Virus record (IMG/VR): IMGVR_UViG_3300044641_005543
DNA length: 64,000 bases
Strand: one strand, 5' to 3'
From: an uncultured virus (IMG/VR IMGVR_UViG_3300044641_005543)
Taxonomy: Duplodnaviria > Heunggongvirae > Uroviricota > Caudoviricetes
Shown here piece by piece: positions 38,378 through 49,077 of this stretch; within the stretch, counting starts at the first letter, position 1, and every line of letters starts with the position of its first letter. The position numbers were made by a program, and so were the translations under genes. The notes under the pieces are model-generated. The model did not search any database. It had not been told where the DNA came from and saw nothing but the letters and a program-made list of their open reading frames with translations.

Positions 38378-39459
38378 TGATTAATGTAAAATATACTACT
38401 ACTCTAGATTATTCAAATTTAAATCCACCTAAATTTGTAAAAGTTAATCAGACATATAATACTGTATTGATTCCTAAATATCAAATACAATATCTTATCA
38501 AACCATCAGATACAGTATCATTTTTATATAAGAATAAGACTATTAAACAAAAGGTGGGACTAGATAGCGGTCTTATTGATTTATATAATAAGCCATACTA
38601 TTATTTTTATTTGATACCAGGATTTCCTATTGAGTATAATGCTTCATATGAAATATTCATAGACGATAAACTAATTAAATTAAAAAATTATTTAGATCCA
38701 GTATATACTGCTAAAATTATAAATGGTTTATTTATTTTACCTAATAATTTTAATTATGCTTTTAATCATACATCATTAGCTATAACTATGTATAATAACC
38801 GTAATATATTTACACATATTTTAAAACAAGAAAATAAATATAGTTATTATATGCCTAATACTAATAATACCATCTTACATGTTTTAGATACTAAGAATAT
38901 TAATCTTTTATCAACTATTGGTAATGGTTTACAAGATTTGTATATTAGGCCACTTTTTAATAGAAACTATTCCTTAGGATCGTGTAATATTTCTATTGAA
39001 GGTGTAGATAATTGTCGTATACTATTTGGAAATAATATATCTATATTTAAAGATACAATTAATATTGGCTATTTACCAGCAGGACAATATAAAGTAGCAT
39101 TCTTGGATGATAAAGATAATCCAATTACTATAACTAGTGTTAATGGTAATATTATAGATCAGGACTCATTTCATATTAAGATAGATAGGAGACTATTATC
39201 TAATCAAACACAAACATCTTTATTAAGCAAAGATATTTTGGATAAGCCATCGCCCGAGTATAGTAATTTAACTATTAATTTAACCCCTCACAATACGTCT
39301 TTTGAGTTATTTGGACCAAATAATTTTTATAGATCATTTAAGAAAGGTTTTCAGCAACTGCATAATATTATACCTGGTGAATATAATATTAAATATAAAA
39401 ATATCACTAAAACTATATTAGTAATTAAAAACGATAACAACTATTTTTCAAATTTATAA
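38377..39459 (+). CDS. hypothetical tail-region protein (Asn/Ile/Tyr-rich)
   Basis: TAATG coupling; very AT-rich. Confidence 0.55.
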   Translation: MINVKYTTTLDYSNLNPPKFVKVNQTYNTVLIPKYQIQYLIKPSDTVSFLYKNKTIKQKVGLDSGLIDLYNKPYYYFYLIPGFPIEYNASYEIFIDDKLIKLKNYLDPVYTAKIINGLFILPNNFNYAFNHTSLAITMYNNRNIFTHILKQENKYSYYMPNTNNTILHVLDTKNINLLSTIGNGLQDLYIRPLFNRNYSLGSCNISIEGVDNCRILFGNNISIFKDTINIGYLPAGQYKVAFLDDKDNPITITSVNGNIIDQDSFHIKIDRRLLSNQTQTSLLSKDILDKPSPEYSNLTINLTPHNTSFELFGPNNFYRSFKKGFQQLHNIIPGEYNIKYKNITKTILVIKNDNNYFSNL

Positions 39460-39462
39460 ACT

Positions 39463-40950
39463 ATGTCAGAATTTCAAGATCCATTTCAAGTAACTGCCGA
39501 TCCTCCGCTGTGCGATCCTACTCCGTGTCCGGATTGCAACCCAACACCATCTATTGATGATTGTTTTATATGCGGATATCCTAGTGGGGCTTTTGATAGC
39601 TGTTCATCAACTCCGACCCCGTGTTTGAGCGGTTCTGTAGAATGTTTGGATTGCGAAACAGTATTTGAGAATTTAGATATTAAATTTTTAGGTGGATTTG
39701 TATCAGGATTTAGTAGTAAAATAGGTTTCGGCCCTTCTGAATCATCTTTAAATGTTGATATAGTATTACCAAAATATAAATGTCCACCAGCTACTATCCA
39801 AGGGCCGGTTGGAGTATGTTGTTTGCCTGATCAAAGTTGTAGTGCCGGATATGAAGGAGAAGAAGATTGCGAAAATGCTGGAGGTGTATGGTATGGCGAT
39901 CAAACATGCGACGATAATCCTTGTAGTTGTCCAGAATGTAATGAGAACTCTAAATATGAAGGAAAATTAGGATATATATATACATTTAATATGGGTGCTT
40001 TTTGTTTTAAAGGAATATTAAGTAATCATACATATACTGAAGATAATAGTGGATATAAATATCGTGTTACACTAACTGATGGTAGAACAATTTTATCTAA
40101 TACAGCAGTTTTATTGAATGGTACATACGCTAAACTTCCAAAACAATTTAAAAATAATGCCATTAGTGTAGGAGCTTCAGAAGATAGTGTGGCAGAAAAT
40201 ACGTGTGGAGATGGTGGACAATGCAAAGATTTCATGATGACAGGATCTAATAGTACCAGAGGAGTTAAATTAAAAGCAGCGCTAGAAGCTATTAATAATC
40301 ACTGTATTTCTATACCAATATCAAATGCTGGATTAAAAATTAATGTTACTAAATTAATTAATATAATTTCAGACGATTTACGTACCACCACAGCAGAATC
40401 AACAGTTTTAGAACTTATAACACTGGCTACAGAAGAATCTGGCTATGATTTTATCATAAATATTAATAATAATAATGAATTTGAAGTTTTGCCTGTTAAT
40501 CAAAAACGACCAGCTACAGAAAAATCATTATTTAATTTTATAGAAGATTTAACAGCTAAAGATATTGTTATTAGCAAAGATTATGGTGAGGAAATGGCCG
40601 GATCATCAAGTAAAAGCAAAAGAATAGTATTTGGTGATAATTTATCATATTTAACTACGGTTAGAGATTATCAATATCAATTAAAGTGTGAGTTAGAATC
40701 TACAGAATTTATCGAATCTGGAGTATGCTGTGCTTTTGGTAGCGTAGAGGACGAAGCCACAAATGCAGAACAGTGTGAAGATGTTTTAGGCATATGGTAT
40801 CCTCATTATGTATATGATGAATCTTTGATTGATTATGATGCGTTATGTTCACTACAACCAATGTGTACCATTAAGAATAATCCTGCTAGTATTGGCGCAT
40901 ATGAAACATTTTATATAACACCAACCCCAATTACAAATCCAGAATGTTAG
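39463..40950 (+). CDS. Cys-rich tail tip/baseplate protein
   Basis: synteny; two GVCC...C..xGxWY modules. Confidence 0.55.
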   Translation: MSEFQDPFQVTADPPLCDPTPCPDCNPTPSIDDCFICGYPSGAFDSCSSTPTPCLSGSVECLDCETVFENLDIKFLGGFVSGFSSKIGFGPSESSLNVDIVLPKYKCPPATIQGPVGVCCLPDQSCSAGYEGEEDCENAGGVWYGDQTCDDNPCSCPECNENSKYEGKLGYIYTFNMGAFCFKGILSNHTYTEDNSGYKYRVTLTDGRTILSNTAVLLNGTYAKLPKQFKNNAISVGASEDSVAENTCGDGGQCKDFMMTGSNSTRGVKLKAALEAINNHCISIPISNAGLKINVTKLINIISDDLRTTTAESTVLELITLATEESGYDFIININNNNEFEVLPVNQKRPATEKSLFNFIEDLTAKDIVISKDYGEEMAGSSSKSKRIVFGDNLSYLTTVRDYQYQLKCELESTEFIESGVCCAFGSVEDEATNAEQCEDVLGIWYPHYVYDESLIDYDALCSLQPMCTIKNNPASIGAYETFYITPTPITNPEC

Positions 40951-40956
40951 GAAATT

Positions 40957-43900
40957 ATGAGCGATTGTAAATGCGATAGTACGAGTTCTACAGAAACAAC
41001 ACCATGTGTGCCTTTTACTCCTCCTACTGGGTGTGCTCGTATACGCATGTTTTTTGGAGAATCTGCTCCTCCTCCTGATTCTCAACTTGGAAGCAAAACT
41101 AAACCCGGACAATTAAATAAATTATACTATACTTCAGAAATTAATGAAGATCATATTAAGCTTGGATTTAGAATACCAGACTATTCAGCACAAACTCTTG
41201 TTGATGCTGGAGTATTAAAAAATAATTTTGGTAAATTTGATTCTGAAGACAATCCAACAAATACATTTGATTTAACAGAAGTAGAGTTACTAGCGGCAGC
41301 ATCTTGGGAGTCTTGGATAACATGGCTTACAGGAGAATTATTAGCTATTCCATTAGATAAGCTAGATGATAATAGCAGTAATAATGGTAGAAGTTTTGGA
41401 TTTTATTGTTTAAAGAGTGCTAATATTGATTTAATACAAATGAGAATCGATGGCTTTAAGATGTTTCAGAGTCTTAAGGATGGTGATACTCATGGGTTTT
41501 ATTCTGCTTCTCAAAAAAATACCAGCAATGCCCCAAATACCGCCGGTTGGCAAAAGAGAATTGAGTATTATATTACTAGTATTATAGATCGTTTTGATTG
41601 TAAATTTCTAAGACGAGCAGAAGATGTTGAAAAATTAGTATTATGTTATGAATGGTTAAAAAATATTCATGATACATACTATGGAAGACAGTTTTTGGTT
41701 AGAATAGGTGATTCTGTACCAAAATCAGAAGGAACAGCAAATTATCCATTAGATACTATTTGTATCAAAGATGAAGATGGTGATTATCCAAATTTTGAAT
41801 ATCCATATTTTGTAGATAGCGACGGATCTGCACAAGGATATTTTTTAAGTGATATTATTGATAATAGTGGAGGCTTTCCAGATAAATATGATGATAATAT
41901 TATAGGATTAGAAAATTTAGATTGGATACAAACAGAAAATGGTAAAGTTGGATCATTTGTTAGAATAGGACCGTATTCTAAGCCTGTAGAAGCCACCGCT
42001 CCATGTTCAGGATTATTTGAACAAATTAAATATCCAAAATTTTCAAGAAGCAGAGGAGAAACGGAAGACGATTGTGAAAATTACATAATTGATATTTCTA
42101 AATTAAATCCTGATAGTTTTTCTATTGGTGCTACCGCCGAGAGCGAAGCCTTTCCTTCTATACAATATTTATATATGTCGTGCTCAGTATCTGAGCTTTT
42201 ATATGTGGATGAAAATGGAACTTGGGCGCATATTACACTAGCAGATAAAGTACCAATGATTTTAAAGGGGTACTCTAGTGCTCAAGGTTTTGTTATGATG
42301 GATCTCTTATTGAATGCTGTTGCTAATTTTAAAACAGATATTAGTCAGATTTATTTATCACTATTAAATCAGCCATTCAATGTTGCCGGAGTTGGAATTT
42401 TACAATACTTTTTCAAGTTAACTGGTTATAATACTAATTATCATGGGGCTAGACCTGACTCTAACATATTAAATATTGCTGGTACTAATAGTTTTTGTTT
42501 AATACCAGAAGCTGCTGCTATACCATTTAAAAGTAATTTGTATAAATATGGACCATTTTATTATGGTGATGCTAACGCTGGTGGTGTTGATGTTGTTTTT
42601 GATGAAGATATAGCTCCGTGGAATTTTATTCAAGCTGGTCAAGATTCTTTACCAGCAGGATATGCTTATACCGAAATGGAGAACATAGGTAAAGCAACAG
42701 CATCATCATCTCCAAGAGATTTACAAAAATTAGAAAAGGGACGTATTACTGTAGCGGGATTACCATGTTATTGTTTAGGTCATTGGGTGGATAATAAAGA
42801 GTGCTATGATGAAGCTAATGAGCTAGGCCCAACATTATTAACAGATATCAATGTTGAATTTGGTTCTGGCGGATATAATACAACATATAATTTTGCCACA
42901 TATACTCCAAGATTCGGTAAACCAGAAAAGTATCTGACAGAAGCTTGGAAAACATCAATTAAAGATACTCAGTACTTAAACAAGTACCTAAAATCATTAG
43001 AAAAACAAGTTGATCAAACTAATCAAAGTTATAAATTACGACTGATTAATGGTGAGCGTGGTGGTAATACATTATTTCCTGGCCAAAATTTATATTTTGG
43101 ACCAAACATATTACGCAAGTCTACTCCAAATAGTGTTATGTTTAGTGGTTATTATTTTGATCCGTCTCCAACTCCTAGTTTGGACATGGATGACTATAAA
43201 GAACAAGAAGAATATAATACTATACCAACTTCTTATCCGGAAATGTCGGAATGCGGAAAATATATTTGTACAACCCCCACTCCAATAACCTGGGATCCTG
43301 CCGAATTTACTACGCCGTCTAGACTATATTCATTCGCAGAAACCGATAAAGCATATACAACAGAGTATATGCAGAATACATATCATCAGTTGAGCGGCAT
43401 GAGTCTTGATGGATTTTATTTACCAGTATCTTTAAGAGGAGTAAATAAGGATGCTCGTGTTAAAGAGTATAATAAATATCCAGACAATCATGAAAGCACA
43501 CCCAATCAATTTGAAATTAGTGGAGATAAATTAATACCTAATGCCGATTGGACAAATTCCGCCAGACTACCACGGTTTGCTAAACGATGTGAACATAATG
43601 GAGAATTTGTAGAATGGGATGCTTTATCTGATGATTATCCTGATGGTCTAAATCGTGATATATCAAATGGTAATGGACAACCTATATCGTCTAAAACTCG
43701 TGACGAAATACCACCTTTTAAATTAAATCATATAGATGGAGAAAATGGGTTAGAGGATAAATATTGTTATTCATTACAAATTAATCAAAGATATCTTAAT
43801 CCTATGTTATCTGTTAAGAATCTTATTGGTGATGCTGATGATAAAATACAAGGTTGGGATGATAGAATAAATAATAGTGATAAAGGATTTGTAATATCAA

Positions 43901-44802
43901 GTATCATATTTGGTCAAGATCATATTGATTATCAAATTACTCATACCAATCCTGAGGATGCGTCTGATGATATAGAAAGTAAAGATACTGATGAATTTAT
44001 ACGTCAACAGTTTAAGAACTTCAGATTTCCGGCCTTAAGAGGTCCGTTAGTTTTACAAGGATGGGGATACGATACATCTGGCAAGCCTATTCCTAATAAA
44101 GCTGATGGTTGGGGCCATGCTCAACAGGGAGAATTTAGAAAAGAAAATTTAACTGATAAATTTATGCAAAACTGGTTACAGAATCCTAAAACATGGCCGG
44201 TGGGACCAATAGATTTAAGATTCGATAGAGAACGAGGAGTCTGGACATGTCCTTCTCCTAATAAAATTGTTGTAGCAAGATTAAAAGAAAAACTAATTCC
44301 TAATGGTAGTGCTAAGGCCGAATTGATTAATCCAGAAGCTGGCGCTAATACCGGACAACCTATTAGATTTTATGAAAACTATAGTATTAGTGGACCAAAT
44401 GGTGAAAATGTAAAATTACATATGGAAAATACAGAAATTACTGTATATGATTTCTTAGGTATAGATTTATGTCAATGTGATATTGTATATGCTTATTATG
44501 ATGATAATAGATATATTGTATTAGAGAGCGATAGAGCATACAAAGATCCTAATGATATTTGTACTGAAATCGTATGTACAACTACAACAACCACAACCAC
44601 CACGCCAACAACAACAACAACAGTACCAACAGAGACCACAGAAACACCAACAGAAACTACACCGCCACCACCGCCGTGCGATTGGTGTGGTCTTGAATGT
44701 TTACAATCTTTACCAGGCTATAAAACTGATGGAACATTAATACTTGGAGCAAAAGATGGTTGCTTACAATGGTTTGAAACTACAGAATGCGGAGCAACTT
44801 AA
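40957..44802 (+). CDS. large tail tip/central fibre protein with Thr/Pro-rich linker and Cys-rich C-terminal cap
   Basis: last gene of the tail operon; 1281 aa. Confidence 0.55.
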   Translation: MSDCKCDSTSSTETTPCVPFTPPTGCARIRMFFGESAPPPDSQLGSKTKPGQLNKLYYTSEINEDHIKLGFRIPDYSAQTLVDAGVLKNNFGKFDSEDNPTNTFDLTEVELLAAASWESWITWLTGELLAIPLDKLDDNSSNNGRSFGFYCLKSANIDLIQMRIDGFKMFQSLKDGDTHGFYSASQKNTSNAPNTAGWQKRIEYYITSIIDRFDCKFLRRAEDVEKLVLCYEWLKNIHDTYYGRQFLVRIGDSVPKSEGTANYPLDTICIKDEDGDYPNFEYPYFVDSDGSAQGYFLSDIIDNSGGFPDKYDDNIIGLENLDWIQTENGKVGSFVRIGPYSKPVEATAPCSGLFEQIKYPKFSRSRGETEDDCENYIIDISKLNPDSFSIGATAESEAFPSIQYLYMSCSVSELLYVDENGTWAHITLADKVPMILKGYSSAQGFVMMDLLLNAVANFKTDISQIYLSLLNQPFNVAGVGILQYFFKLTGYNTNYHGARPDSNILNIAGTNSFCLIPEAAAIPFKSNLYKYGPFYYGDANAGGVDVVFDEDIAPWNFIQAGQDSLPAGYAYTEMENIGKATASSSPRDLQKLEKGRITVAGLPCYCLGHWVDNKECYDEANELGPTLLTDINVEFGSGGYNTTYNFATYTPRFGKPEKYLTEAWKTSIKDTQYLNKYLKSLEKQVDQTNQSYKLRLINGERGGNTLFPGQNLYFGPNILRKSTPNSVMFSGYYFDPSPTPSLDMDDYKEQEEYNTIPTSYPEMSECGKYICTTPTPITWDPAEFTTPSRLYSFAETDKAYTTEYMQNTYHQLSGMSLDGFYLPVSLRGVNKDARVKEYNKYPDNHESTPNQFEISGDKLIPNADWTNSARLPRFAKRCEHNGEFVEWDALSDDYPDGLNRDISNGNGQPISSKTRDEIPPFKLNHIDGENGLEDKYCYSLQINQRYLNPMLSVKNLIGDADDKIQGWDDRINNSDKGFVISSIIFGQDHIDYQITHTNPEDASDDIESKDTDEFIRQQFKNFRFPALRGPLVLQGWGYDTSGKPIPNKADGWGHAQQGEFRKENLTDKFMQNWLQNPKTWPVGPIDLRFDRERGVWTCPSPNKIVVARLKEKLIPNGSAKAELINPEAGANTGQPIRFYENYSISGPNGENVKLHMENTEITVYDFLGIDLCQCDIVYAYYDDNRYIVLESDRAYKDPNDICTEIVCTTTTTTTTTPTTTTTVPTETTETPTETTPPPPPCDWCGLECLQSLPGYKTDGTLILGAKDGCLQWFETTECGAT

Positions 44803-44804
44803 TA

Positions 44805-45320
44805 CTAGCACAAATTAATTCCTGCTGCATTTAAGCATTCATTAGCTTTAGGATCATTACATATGACACCAGTAAATAGATAACACGCTAGTGCTTGAGT
44901 TCCTGTTTGGCATGTTCCAGGACCCGTTACAACGTCGGTGCTTACACATTCAGAACAGTCATTTACAATACGAAAACGCCAATACCATTGTTGTTGAGCT
45001 ATTGCTGCTCCCGATATTCTATCTGGTTCTGACGAGTTGAAACACACAGATCCTGCGACTTTTATACTATCTTGTATTACATTTTCTCCAACACACCCAA
45101 AAATCACTCCTTCGTCTCCAATAACCTCGTATGTTCCATCTGGCTGATCTCCAGGAACAACATCTGCCTGATATGGCTCCCACCACCCACTATTTGTCCA
45201 AGCGGCATTATAAAACGAAAAAACTTTTTCATAACATACATGACAACAACAGTTGGTATCGGTACCAACCAAGTCATCTCTCATCAAAACTTTACCATTT
45301 TGAATAGTAACATTAACCAT
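44805..45320 (-). CDS. Cys-rich hypothetical protein (N-terminal CCC)
   Basis: 171 aa; coupled to the upstream minus-strand ORF. Confidence 0.6.
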   Translation of the reverse strand: MVNVTIQNGKVLMRDDLVGTDTNCCCHVCYEKVFSFYNAAWTNSGWWEPYQADVVPGDQPDGTYEVIGDEGVIFGCVGENVIQDSIKVAGSVCFNSSEPDRISGAAIAQQQWYWRFRIVNDCSECVSTDVVTGPGTCQTGTQALACYLFTGVICNDPKANECLNAAGINLC

Positions 45321-45640
45321 TATTTTTCTTTAGTCCACTTGTGCCAGCCCTTATTCGGTAAATAATTACCATCATCATCTTTACGCTTTGGAAATAGCGT
45401 TCCACCCTTTTTATGTTGACCAAATGCTAAAATCGCTCCACAATCAGAACATCTTAATTCGTAATAATCATTACCTTCCACATTACGAACAACAAATCTA
45501 AGATTGGTACTACCACACAATCCGCATTTTTCTTCGGCAAAGATTTCTTGAATTAGTGCCAATTCTTTAAAAATTTCTTTTTGTCCAGATCCCTCTAATT
45601 CAAACTCTAATTTATCTCCAACCTTATACTTTACTTTCAT
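45320..45640 (-). CDS. zinc-ribbon protein
   Basis: CGLC...CSDC; GGAG RBS before ATG 45640. Confidence 0.65.
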   Translation of the reverse strand: MKVKYKVGDKLEFELEGSGQKEIFKELALIQEIFAEEKCGLCGSTNLRFVVRNVEGNDYYELRCSDCGAILAFGQHKKGGTLFPKRKDDDGNYLPNKGWHKWTKEK

Positions 45641-45642
45641 AA

Positions 45643-46353
45643 TTATCTCCATTCATTATCATAACCAACTAATTTAGATGGAATATCATTTAAACTTTGT
45701 TGATACTTTGACAGTTCTCGTATGATGCCAACAGCGGCATCGTGACTAATACTTTTTATATTAGCTGTATTTAATGATAAATCAAGCAATAATTGTTTAA
45801 TATTAATATTGCTTCTTTTAGCCATAACATCAATAAAATTAATTTGTTGTTCACTAATCTTATTAACACTATGACCATCAGGATCATCCTCAATATTTTG
45901 GGCCAATTCTTCAGCAGCAACCACTTTTCTTAATTTTAAGCCTCTTCTTAGTGCTCGTCCTTCTGCTCGTGTTTCGGCCACTGCTACAGGATGATTGCGA
46001 TAGATTTTGTCACAATTTCCCCAATAAACATCTGCCGCTCCACTCACAATTTTCTTTATATTTAGATTGACCTTGTCTGACCCCTCGATATTTAAATAAT
46101 ACGCTATAGTATGAACCACGGTGGCTCTTTTCTCATTATTAGGATCAGGACTCTGCACAACCTGACTCAAAGATTCAACCACCGTACAATTTAGAGCAAT
46201 TTCAAAAATTCGTCTTAATCCATCAGTAGTAGGATTACCATCTATTTTTTCATCATCAGATAATAGTCCTAATACATAATCATTCCATTCTAAACTATTA
46301 GTATCAACCTTGTTGGTTTTGGTATCACAATCAGTCTTCTTTTCTTTAGCCAT
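45643..46353 (-). CDS. putative Rad52/Sak-like single-strand annealing protein
   Basis: 'VAETRAEGRALRR' helix motif; C-terminal 'ISEQQINFI' module. Confidence 0.5.
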   Translation of the reverse strand: MAKEKKTDCDTKTNKVDTNSLEWNDYVLGLLSDDEKIDGNPTTDGLRRIFEIALNCTVVESLSQVVQSPDPNNEKRATVVHTIAYYLNIEGSDKVNLNIKKIVSGAADVYWGNCDKIYRNHPVAVAETRAEGRALRRGLKLRKVVAAEELAQNIEDDPDGHSVNKISEQQINFIDVMAKRSNINIKQLLLDLSLNTANIKSISHDAAVGIIRELSKYQQSLNDIPSKLVGYDNEWR

Positions 46354-46370
46354 ATACTTTTTCCTTTTTA

Positions 46371-47162
46371 TTAATAGTCCGTAATAGAGATAATCTTATT
46401 TTTTACATTATTAGTTTTTATATCATCTAATATATGAATTAATTTATCATATATTAAGTTTGATCTAGACACAGAATAGTCCTTTGTTTGTTTAATTCTG
46501 ATTAGATAGAATCCTTTACCAAGAATTAATCCTGTCTTTTTTTCATCATATTTTATATTTCTTTTCAACGAATCGTCACCCCACACAGGAGAGAAATGTG
46601 ATGGCCCATCAACTTCTATAGCCACATTAATACTAGGTATCACAATATCAATTTGCAATTTGGTATTTACCAAAGTTTGTTCTTGATGAAATTGTATCTT
46701 ATATCCGTCACCAATAAGTTTTTGTGCTAAAAATTTTTCTAATTTGGATCCTGTTTTACTAGCAGATCTAACTGCTTCATTAGCTTTTTGTAACATATTT
46801 GCTTTTTCATCGTCACTTAACTGATCCCAATTATCTTTAGCTTTATTTTTTCTTTTTTTAAGTTCTTGATCAGATAAACTCTCCCACGACACCATCACAC
46901 CTTGACCAATCTTGTTTTTTACGCTTTCTGGTCTAGATTTACCTTTGGTCGGATGACAATGCTTTCCTGTATTCAATGCGTTTTTTTGTGCTGCACTTTT
47001 GTCTCTAATTTTAATTTCAAATTTAATAGCATCTCTACGAATTTTATTAGGATATGTATTTAGCAATAAAGCGATATCTTGAAAACTTTTATTCTCATTT
47101 GTATAGAATTTTTTAATCAGTTGTTTTTTTTCATTATCTGTATATTCATTATACTTTTTCAT
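46371..47162 (-). CDS. DUF559/Vsr-like endonuclease with basic N-terminal DNA-binding region
   Basis: SKLE...IDIVIP...AIEVDGPSH...D..K motif. Confidence 0.7.
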   Translation of the reverse strand: MKKYNEYTDNEKKQLIKKFYTNENKSFQDIALLLNTYPNKIRRDAIKFEIKIRDKSAAQKNALNTGKHCHPTKGKSRPESVKNKIGQGVMVSWESLSDQELKKRKNKAKDNWDQLSDDEKANMLQKANEAVRSASKTGSKLEKFLAQKLIGDGYKIQFHQEQTLVNTKLQIDIVIPSINVAIEVDGPSHFSPVWGDDSLKRNIKYDEKKTGLILGKGFYLIRIKQTKDYSVSRSNLIYDKLIHILDDIKTNNVKNKIISITDY

Positions 47163-47520
47163 TTAATTTATCCTTTATACTATTAATAGCATCAATTAGA
47201 TTTGTCCATCTAATATTCAAATATGATTCATTAGAGCCAATCGCCTCATCTGAATCATATATTACCATACATCTATCAAGTTTATCCTTAGGAACATATT
47301 TTAGATCAGTATGATATACCAGAATATAATAATTATAAAAACAATGTCTTAAATATAGTGTTGAAAATATAGGTATATTTTTTGTAATAGGAGCGCTATT
47401 ATGATCAGTATATATTACAGGATGAAGCAGCAATTCATTAGCATATAGTTGTTCATAAATCTTTAATGCTAAAGAGTCAGTATTGTTTAATTTATGACTA
47501 AATAATGCTATCTCAAACAT
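47149..47520 (-). CDS. hypothetical protein
   Basis: overlapping member of the operon. Confidence 0.55.
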   Translation of the reverse strand: MFEIALFSHKLNNTDSLALKIYEQLYANELLLHPVIYTDHNSAPITKNIPIFSTLYLRHCFYNYYILVYHTDLKYVPKDKLDRCMVIYDSDEAIGSNESYLNIRWTNLIDAINSIKDKLNEKV

Positions 47521-48203
47521 AATTGATTTTTTACTCTTTCTATATTTTGCATATTATTGATAACGGTAATCGCTTTATTATTTATTCGGATGGGTCTTAA
47601 CTCCATACCTCTTTCTATATAATAATTGATAATCTCAAATAGATATAATTTACTAATATCATAAGTTTGTTCATTAAATATATCAAAGTCTTTTTTATTA
47701 ATATACAGAATATCATATAGACTATTAGGTAAATCATAATAGCAATTAATTAAACGATCATTATTTATTATAACCCCAATATCACCCTTACTACTATTAT
47801 GCATAATAAAAGAATTATTATATGATAAGGCTTCTTTAATTTTATTAATAGCAAAACTATGTAATATATGATTTGTGTTCATAATCAAATAATTTCTAGA
47901 ACCCTTAACCATTCTTAATGCCTCCTTAAGGCAAGCACCAATATTGGACGTATCATTCATATCATATTCTAAATACTTAATATTAGTATATTTTTTATTA
48001 GATAAATATTTCTTTATTTTTTTATTTTCAAATCCACAAGAAAGTATAATTTCTGGATTATAAAATATTTTATTTAAAATAGATATATGATAATCTAGAA
48101 TATTAGTATTCTTTTTAAGCTGAATTAAACATCTATTACCTAAAGATTTAATTTTTTTATCTGGTAACGTGTCAAGTAATATTACTGAGCATTCTTTAAT
48201 CAT
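47508..48203 (-). CDS. nucleotidyltransferase/GT-A-like protein (degenerate)
   Basis: VILL...KIKSLGNRCLI...ILDYHI...IILSCGF resembles the NTP-transferase N-terminus. Confidence 0.55.
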   Translation of the reverse strand: MIKECSVILLDTLPDKKIKSLGNRCLIQLKKNTNILDYHISILNKIFYNPEIILSCGFENKKIKKYLSNKKYTNIKYLEYDMNDTSNIGACLKEALRMVKGSRNYLIMNTNHILHSFAINKIKEALSYNNSFIMHNSSKGDIGVIINNDRLINCYYDLPNSLYDILYINKKDFDIFNEQTYDISKLYLFEIINYYIERGMELRPIRINNKAITVINNMQNIERVKNQLCLR

Positions 48204-48664
48204 TTTGTGGCTTTGATATAGTATTCAAATATGTTTATATATTTTTTTTCTACAATATTTAGCTTTCTATTTTTTAGTTCAGATTCTATATCATACAAGG
48301 TATATATGGCTTTTTTATTTTGGTATAATACTATTTTGGTTGTGTCCAAATCTATATCGTTAAATGTTACCGCTGTTGCTAATTGGTATAAATCAACAGA
48401 CTGTATAATAATACTACCATTTGTACATAGTTTATTAATTAAAAGATCTAATATATTAGTACTTTCATTATATGATAAGTAATCTAATAAATCATTAATA
48501 ATAATTTCATTACAACTATTATCAGGAATCGTATCTATATTAGTTACTGATTCATATTCGCTGCCCACAGAGATAAAATCTGGCTTAATAAGATGCAGGA
48601 ATAGTTTTTTATTATTTAAATCTTGAACATCTTTTTCGTTATTTGGAACAGTAGATTCTGCCAT
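48200..48664 (-). CDS. methyltransferase-like protein (partial fold)
   Basis: 'IPDNSCNEI...LDYL...KLCTNGSIII' resembles the class I MTase C-terminal strands. Confidence 0.45.
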   Translation of the reverse strand: MAESTVPNNEKDVQDLNNKKLFLHLIKPDFISVGSEYESVTNIDTIPDNSCNEIIINDLLDYLSYNESTNILDLLINKLCTNGSIIIQSVDLYQLATAVTFNDIDLDTTKIVLYQNKKAIYTLYDIESELKNRKLNIVEKKYINIFEYYIKATK

Positions 48665-49077
48665 ATTTTTATGTTATCCTCATCTTTAGAATTATAAGAT
48701 AATATCTGAACGTCTTTTAGATCCCACGAGTCGCTCACCTTTTTACTAATACATATATGATGCATACATGGGAAGTGATTCATTTGTTTTATTTTTTCAT
48801 TATCATACAATGGATTTTTAATCGTATGATCAATTAATAATACTGGTAAGTGTAATTTTCTAGATAAGCTAGCACAGTCATTATGGAATTCTATTTTATT
48901 ATTACAAATAATTAAGTTTGGAATATTATCGCCATAATATAGCTGGGAAAAATTCACTAATTCGCATCCGGCAGATTTAATAAAATCTTCGAATTCAGTA
49001 TTAATTGGTGTCCATAAAACCTTAATTTTATCTGTAATTTTGAGTTGTTCTCTATATAGAATAGATGATACTATCAT
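48616..49077 (-). CDS. hypothetical protein, possible GT-B half-domain
   Basis: context and Rossmann-like pattern. Confidence 0.4.
   Translation of the reverse strand: MIVSSILYREQLKITDKIKVLWTPINTEFEDFIKSAGCELVNFSQLYYGDNIPNLIICNNKIEFHNDCASLSRKLHLPVLLIDHTIKNPLYDNEKIKQMNHFPCMHHICISKKVSDSWDLKDVQILSYNSKDEDNIKIWQNLLFQITKKMFKI

Noticed and set aside
40948..40959. In-frame TAG between 39463..40950 and 40957..44802 suggesting readthrough or a reassigned stop codon
   Set aside because: The downstream ATG has its own AGGA RBS. TAG, TGA and TAA all end tightly packed genes elsewhere, and conserved genes are intact under the standard code.
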